A stretch of DNA of 11,959 nt from a bacterium (GTDB lineage: Bacteria > UBA8248), in NCBI GenBank assembly GCA_965202625.1, contig CBDBBI010000001.1, forward strand, positions 1 to 11,959. The letters are read 5' to 3'. The position numbers and the translations under genes were made by a program. Position 1 is the first letter of the stretch. Each line of letters opens with the position of its first letter. Of this stretch, positions 8,048-11,959 are shown one piece after another. Below the pieces are notes generated by a model that worked only from the letters and a program-made list of their open reading frames with translations, did no database searches and was not told the origin of the DNA.

Positions 8048-8071
8048 CAAGAAGTCTCCAAGCAAAAGAAA

Positions 8072-8104
8072 TTGAGTTAACTACAATCGTACCAGACAAC
8101 TCAA
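8072..8104 (-). promoter_or_regulatory. Candidate extended -10 promoter (TGgTACGAT) inside a TTGAGTT-N19-AACTCAA inverted repeat, upstream of the DGQHR gene
   Basis: Arms at 8072-8078 and 8098-8104. Minus-strand TG-n-TACGAT at 8094-8086, about 40 nt upstream of the start codon. Confidence 0.45.
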
Positions 8105-8137
8105 CCACCATACCCCCCGCCTCGCTTGCCTTATGAG

Positions 8138-8166
8138 ATACTGAGAACGGCAAGGACGAATGTCAA
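8138..8166 (-). promoter_or_regulatory. Possible second sigma70-type promoter for the DGQHR module
   Basis: Perfect TTGACA (8166-8161), 17-nt spacer, weak -10 CAGTAT (8143-8138). Confidence 0.25.
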
Positions 8167-8340
8167 GGCAAATCCGGTTTCCGAGAGTACTTGTGAAAGG
8201 AGACTCTCATCTTTTCCTCATCCCTGTGTTGCTGTATAAAGCCGCTTGGCGACGAATCGGTCGAAAAACCATCAAAGCGTCGTCCAGGCGAAACGAGAAC
8301 GTTCCGCCGCGCGGGAAAACGCATTCTTAGGGGGAAGGCG

Positions 8341-8760
8341 ATGAACGCGACCGCCTTGGGCTTCACGCTTCTTTCCGTCCTGTGTTTCGGAGTATGGGGA
8401 CTTCTTATGAAGCTGGGACAAGAGCGTCTGGGGGCCATACCCCACCTCATGGGGATGGGAGTGACCACCGCCGCCGTCGTCCTCCTCGCCATACTCAGCA
8501 GGCAGTTCCCCCTTCCCCCGATGCGCGGGGATGTCTGGCTGCCCATGGTCGCCACGCTGGCCACCTTGCTGGCCATGCTCTTCCTGGTTTTGGCTCTCTC
8601 CAAGGCGGGAGAACAAACGGCCGGCGTGGTGGCACTCTCGGCCCTCTATCCGGGCGTCACCGCGGTGATGGCGGCGATCTTCCTCGGCGAGGATTTTCCG
8701 CTCGCCAAGCTCGGCGGACTGGCCTGCGCCGCCATGGCCGCGTTTCTCTTTACGCGCTAG
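8341..8760 (+). CDS. Single-domain EamA/DMT family membrane protein, 139 aa
   Basis: About five hydrophobic segments, GVWGLLMK, and VVALSALYPGVTAVMAAIFLGE...KLGGL, a typical EamA C-terminus. Purine-rich RBS upstream. Confidence 0.88.
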   Translation: MNATALGFTLLSVLCFGVWGLLMKLGQERLGAIPHLMGMGVTTAAVVLLAILSRQFPLPPMRGDVWLPMVATLATLLAMLFLVLALSKAGEQTAGVVALSALYPGVTAVMAAIFLGEDFPLAKLGGLACAAMAAFLFTR

Positions 8761-8777
8761 GCGAGAGCCGCTGGAGC

Positions 8778-10925
8778 ATGACTTCAAAACGCGGACTGCG
8801 CATTGGGGTGGACACGGGCGGCACGTTCACCGACGTGGTCGGCGTGCGCTCGGACACCGGAGAAGTGTTCACCACCAAGACGCCGACGACGCCCGCCGAC
8901 TTCAGCGATGGGCTCTTCGAGGGGATCCGGAAAATACTGGCGGAAACCAAGACGCGCCCCGCCCTCGTTAGCGGCGTGTTCCACGGCACGACCGTGGCGA
9001 CGAACGCCATCTTGGAGCGTCGATTCGAGGATTTGGGGTTCATCATCACAGGAGGTTTTCGCCACCTCCTTGAGATAGGCGGAGCGAACGGCAAACACAG
9101 CGGGCACTACGCCGCCTCCCTGCTGCAAAAACCTCGACATGCGCTGGTGCCTCCCGAGCGAATTCAAGAGGCGAGAGAGAGAATTTCCGCGTCCGGCGAG
9201 GTACTCAAACCCATTGACGAAGACGACGCGCTCAGGCTCGCGAGATGGTTCAAGGTACAGGGCATCGGCTCCGTGGGGGTCTGTCTACTCCACTCCTACG
9301 CCAACCCGCACCATGAGCGAACCATCCTTGAGGCCTTCGAAGAAGAATACCCGGAATGTTTCGTGAGCATATCGAGCGAGGTGATACCAGAGCCTGGTGA
9401 ATACGAGCGCGCCATCACCACGCTGCTCGATGCGTGCATCAAGCCCCGCATCAAGGCCTACCTGGAGAGCAGCGCCCAAAAAATCGAGGCGGCCCTGGGC
9501 GACGCGCCCTTCCTCGTCATGAAAAGCAACGGCGGCGTCTCGGCGGCGAGGGAAATCTCAAAAAGACCGATAGGCACCGTCCTGTCTGGGCCTGCCGCGG
9601 GCGCCCTGTCCGCCGCCTATCTGGGAAGGCTCTCCGGACACGAACAACTCATCACCTTGGACGGCGGCGGCACCTCCACCGACATCGCCGTCATTGAAGG
9701 CGGGGAAGCCAAGCGCGCCACACGGCACCAGCTGGATGAGTTTCACCTGAGAACGCCGATGATCGACATCGTCACCATCGGCACAGGGGGCGGCTCCATC
9801 GCCTGGCGAAGCGCTGAGGGGAGACTCCGCGTCGGACCGAGGAGCGCGGGCGCGGACCCGGGGCCCATTTGCTATGGAAAGGGCGGGAAGGAGCCCACGC
9901 TCACCGACGCGAACCTGCTTCTGGCCCGCAGCCCTCTCCACCTAGCGGGCGGCGAAGTGAAGCTCAATAAGGCGCTCGCCATGAAGGCCATGCGCGCGCT
10001 GGCGGGTCCATTCGGCATGACCCCTTACGAGATGGCCGCAGGCGTCATCGAAATCGCCGCATGGAACCAGGCCCACGCCGTGCGACGCGCGACGGTGCAA
10101 AGGGGAATCTCACCGGGGAATTTCGGCCTCATGGCCTTTGGCGGCTCCGGTCCACTTACGGCCGGTCTCGTGGCCGAACTACTCAGCATCGACACCGTCA
10201 TCGTTCCACCCTTCGCAGGCATGACGAGCGCCTTTGGGCTGGAGGTGGTCGACCTCGTGAACGATCACGCGTCGGCTCACTATCAATCCGAAGATAATCT
10301 CCGCCCCGAAGCCCTGGCGGAGGCATACGAGCGGCTCGAGGCACAGGCCGCCGAGGGACTCGACGCCGAGGGCGTTCCGGAGCGTCGGCGCATGATGCGC
10401 CGCGCCGCGGAGATGCGATATCAGGGAGAAGCCACGGAGATTGAAGTGGACGTGCCTGGAGGCTACATCACCCCGCCGGTGCTGGGAGAGGTGATTGAAC
10501 GCTTCCACCAGATATATAAACGCCGCTATACCTACAACCACAAGGGAAGCCGCCCGGTGGAGATCGCGCATTTGCGCGTCGCGGGGGTCGGCATGACGGA
10601 GCCACCGAACTTGCCCTTGATTCCCGCCGGGGACGACAGCCCAGAGGAAGCCTACAAGGGCGCCCGTCTGGTCTGGTTCAAGGAGTTCGGCGGATTCCAC
10701 GACACACCTGTCTATTACAGGGAAAGGCTGCTGGAGAGTAATTACATTCCGGGACCCGCGATAGTGGAGAGCTTCGGCAGCACCACGACGATATTCCCCA
10801 GACAGGAGGCGCGGGTCGATAGATACGGAAATCTGGTGATGCGCTTTCGCTCAAGCGTCTTCGAGCACGCCGAGCGCGCCGGCAGGCCGACGGGCGCGCA
10901 CGGCGTGGGAGCGGAATGGCGATGA
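8778..10925 (+). CDS. Hydantoinase A / oxoprolinase family protein (ATP-binding subunit), 715 aa
   Basis: IGVDTGGTFTD, HGTTVATNA, LHSYANP.HE, EYER..TT, SGPAAG, DGGGTSTD, IGTGGGS, VGPRSAGADPGP.CY, TLTDANL, FGGSGP and GPAIVE motifs. Start reassigned to ATG 8778. Confidence 0.93.
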   Translation: MTSKRGLRIGVDTGGTFTDVVGVRSDTGEVFTTKTPTTPADFSDGLFEGIRKILAETKTRPALVSGVFHGTTVATNAILERRFEDLGFIITGGFRHLLEIGGANGKHSGHYAASLLQKPRHALVPPERIQEARERISASGEVLKPIDEDDALRLARWFKVQGIGSVGVCLLHSYANPHHERTILEAFEEEYPECFVSISSEVIPEPGEYERAITTLLDACIKPRIKAYLESSAQKIEAALGDAPFLVMKSNGGVSAAREISKRPIGTVLSGPAAGALSAAYLGRLSGHEQLITLDGGGTSTDIAVIEGGEAKRATRHQLDEFHLRTPMIDIVTIGTGGGSIAWRSAEGRLRVGPRSAGADPGPICYGKGGKEPTLTDANLLLARSPLHLAGGEVKLNKALAMKAMRALAGPFGMTPYEMAAGVIEIAAWNQAHAVRRATVQRGISPGNFGLMAFGGSGPLTAGLVAELLSIDTVIVPPFAGMTSAFGLEVVDLVNDHASAHYQSEDNLRPEALAEAYERLEAQAAEGLDAEGVPERRRMMRRAAEMRYQGEATEIEVDVPGGYITPPVLGEVIERFHQIYKRRYTYNHKGSRPVEIAHLRVAGVGMTEPPNLPLIPAGDDSPEEAYKGARLVWFKEFGGFHDTPVYYRERLLESNYIPGPAIVESFGSTTTIFPRQEARVDRYGNLVMRFRSSVFEHAERAGRPTGAHGVGAEWR

Positions 10926-11959
10926 ACGCAAACCCCATCGTGAGCGAAATCCTGTCCGGCGCGCTGCGCGCCATCGAGGAGGAGGTGGAAGAACTCCTCG
11001 CCCGCATCTGGCGCAGCCCCTCGCTGCGTGACGCGGGCGATTTCTCCGTCTGCCTGTTCGACCGCTTCGGTCGCGCCCTCACTGGGCGGGTCCTGGCCTC
11101 CGGCCCCGCACCCATCCTCCGTTCGTATCCCGAAATAGCGGAGGGAGACGTTTTTCTTCACAACGACCCCTATATCCTGCCGGCGGGCCTTGGCGAAGCC
11201 GCCGAGCTGTGCCTCACACGTCCTTTGTTCTCAGGTGAGGCGCTCATCGCCTTTTTGCAGATTAGAGGACGACATGACGATCTGGGCGGCGCCCTGCCCG
11301 GCGGGGGGAGCGTCGGCGCGACAGAGAGCTACCATGAGGGCGTTCTCATTCCCCCGGTGCGGATCGCGCGGGGTGAGGAGACCGTCGAAGACGTGAAAAC
11401 TCTGCTCTTGAGGAACAGTCGACAAGCACATCACCTGAGCGATGACATCGACGCCCAACTCGGCGCGCTTCGCGTCGGCGCGAGGCGTCTCAAGGATTTG
11501 ACGCGCCGCTATGGAGCGGAGAACCTATCCGCCTGCTTCGCCGACTTGCTCAGAGAGTGCGAACTCGCGTTTCGCGAACAGCTCATCCCCCAGATACCTG
11601 AGAAAAACTGGACGGTGCACACGGTCGTGGAGTCAGACGGCGTGAGCGGCCCCCACGAGCTGAATCTCCAGCTCAAGCGGCGCGAAGACACGCTGGGGGT
11701 TGATTTGAGAGGCGCCGCCCCACAAACCAAGGGCCCGACAAACTGCCCCCTTGAAGGAGAAGGCGTCCAGTTTCTCATCCGCCTCCTCGCGCCCATGCTG
11801 CTCCATCTCGCGAAAGATGAGGAGGAATTTCCCCTGAACGACGGGGCACTGAGAACGTTCGAGGTTCAGCTGCCGGGACCGGGAACGATGCTGACTCCCC
11901 GCTTCCCCGCGCCGACGGGACTGAGGGCGCTCACCCTCGGGAAACTGCTCTCGGCATTC
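10922..11959 (+). CDS. Hydantoinase B / oxoprolinase family protein, 3' end outside the window (absent from the ORF track)
   Basis: ATG 10922 overlaps the upstream TGA (ATGA) and the frame is open to the window end: MNANPIVSEILSGALRAIEEEV...RSPSLRDAGDFS...GDVFLHNDPY...HDDLGGALPG...YHEGVLIPPVRI...NSR...LTPRFPAPTG. Confidence 0.9.
   Translation, partial: MNANPIVSEILSGALRAIEEEVEELLARIWRSPSLRDAGDFSVCLFDRFGRALTGRVLASGPAPILRSYPEIAEGDVFLHNDPYILPAGLGEAAELCLTRPLFSGEALIAFLQIRGRHDDLGGALPGGGSVGATESYHEGVLIPPVRIARGEETVEDVKTLLLRNSRQAHHLSDDIDAQLGALRVGARRLKDLTRRYGAENLSACFADLLRECELAFREQLIPQIPEKNWTVHTVVESDGVSGPHELNLQLKRREDTLGVDLRGAAPQTKGPTNCPLEGEGVQFLIRLLAPMLLHLAKDEEEFPLNDGALRTFEVQLPGPGTMLTPRFPAPTGLRALTLGKLLSAF

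Noticed and set aside
6554-8340. Integron cassette, IS element, CRISPR array or tRNA integration site around the insert
   Set aside because: I saw no attC-like structure, transposase, integrase, regular repeat-spacer array or tRNA.
8382-8777. 132-aa N-terminal extension of the hydantoinase A ORF
   Set aside because: It overlaps the EamA gene in another frame. Family similarity begins at MTSKRGLRIGVDTGG (8778).
41-11796. Remaining overlapping or antisense ORFs in the track (e.g. 41..412, 1686..2126, 4489..5097, 8272..8787, 10179..10700, 10742..11161)
   Set aside because: These are shadow ORFs expected in GC-rich DNA. They overlap well-supported genes and show no recognisable motifs.

Overview
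GC-rich bacterial window of mostly catabolic genes, interrupted by one AT-richer insert. In order: the 3' part of a CocE/NonD (peptidase S15) hydrolase (+); a ~445-bp convergent spacer; an SDR and an IolO/DTE-like epimerase (-); two divergent, decayed amidohydrolase-fold remnants; a divergent glucose-6-phosphate isomerase and an MBL-fold hydrolase (-); an AT-richer two-gene module (-); then an EamA protein with hydantoinase A and B/oxoprolinase genes (+, last one cut by the window edge). The best candidate for an undescribed system is the two-gene module: a standalone DGQHR (DndB/ParB-like) protein translationally coupled (ATGA) to a small GIY-YIG nuclease, with no dnd/ssp genes in the window, resembling a split sensor-nuclease defence unit. 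The ORF track hides the nuclease's true start because an in-frame TAG replaces the GIY tyrosine, and its catalytic Arg position reads Cys, so this copy looks disarmed. The hydantoinase B and the epimerase keep open frames but lack canonical catalytic residues. All family calls come from motif recognition by eye; no searches were run.
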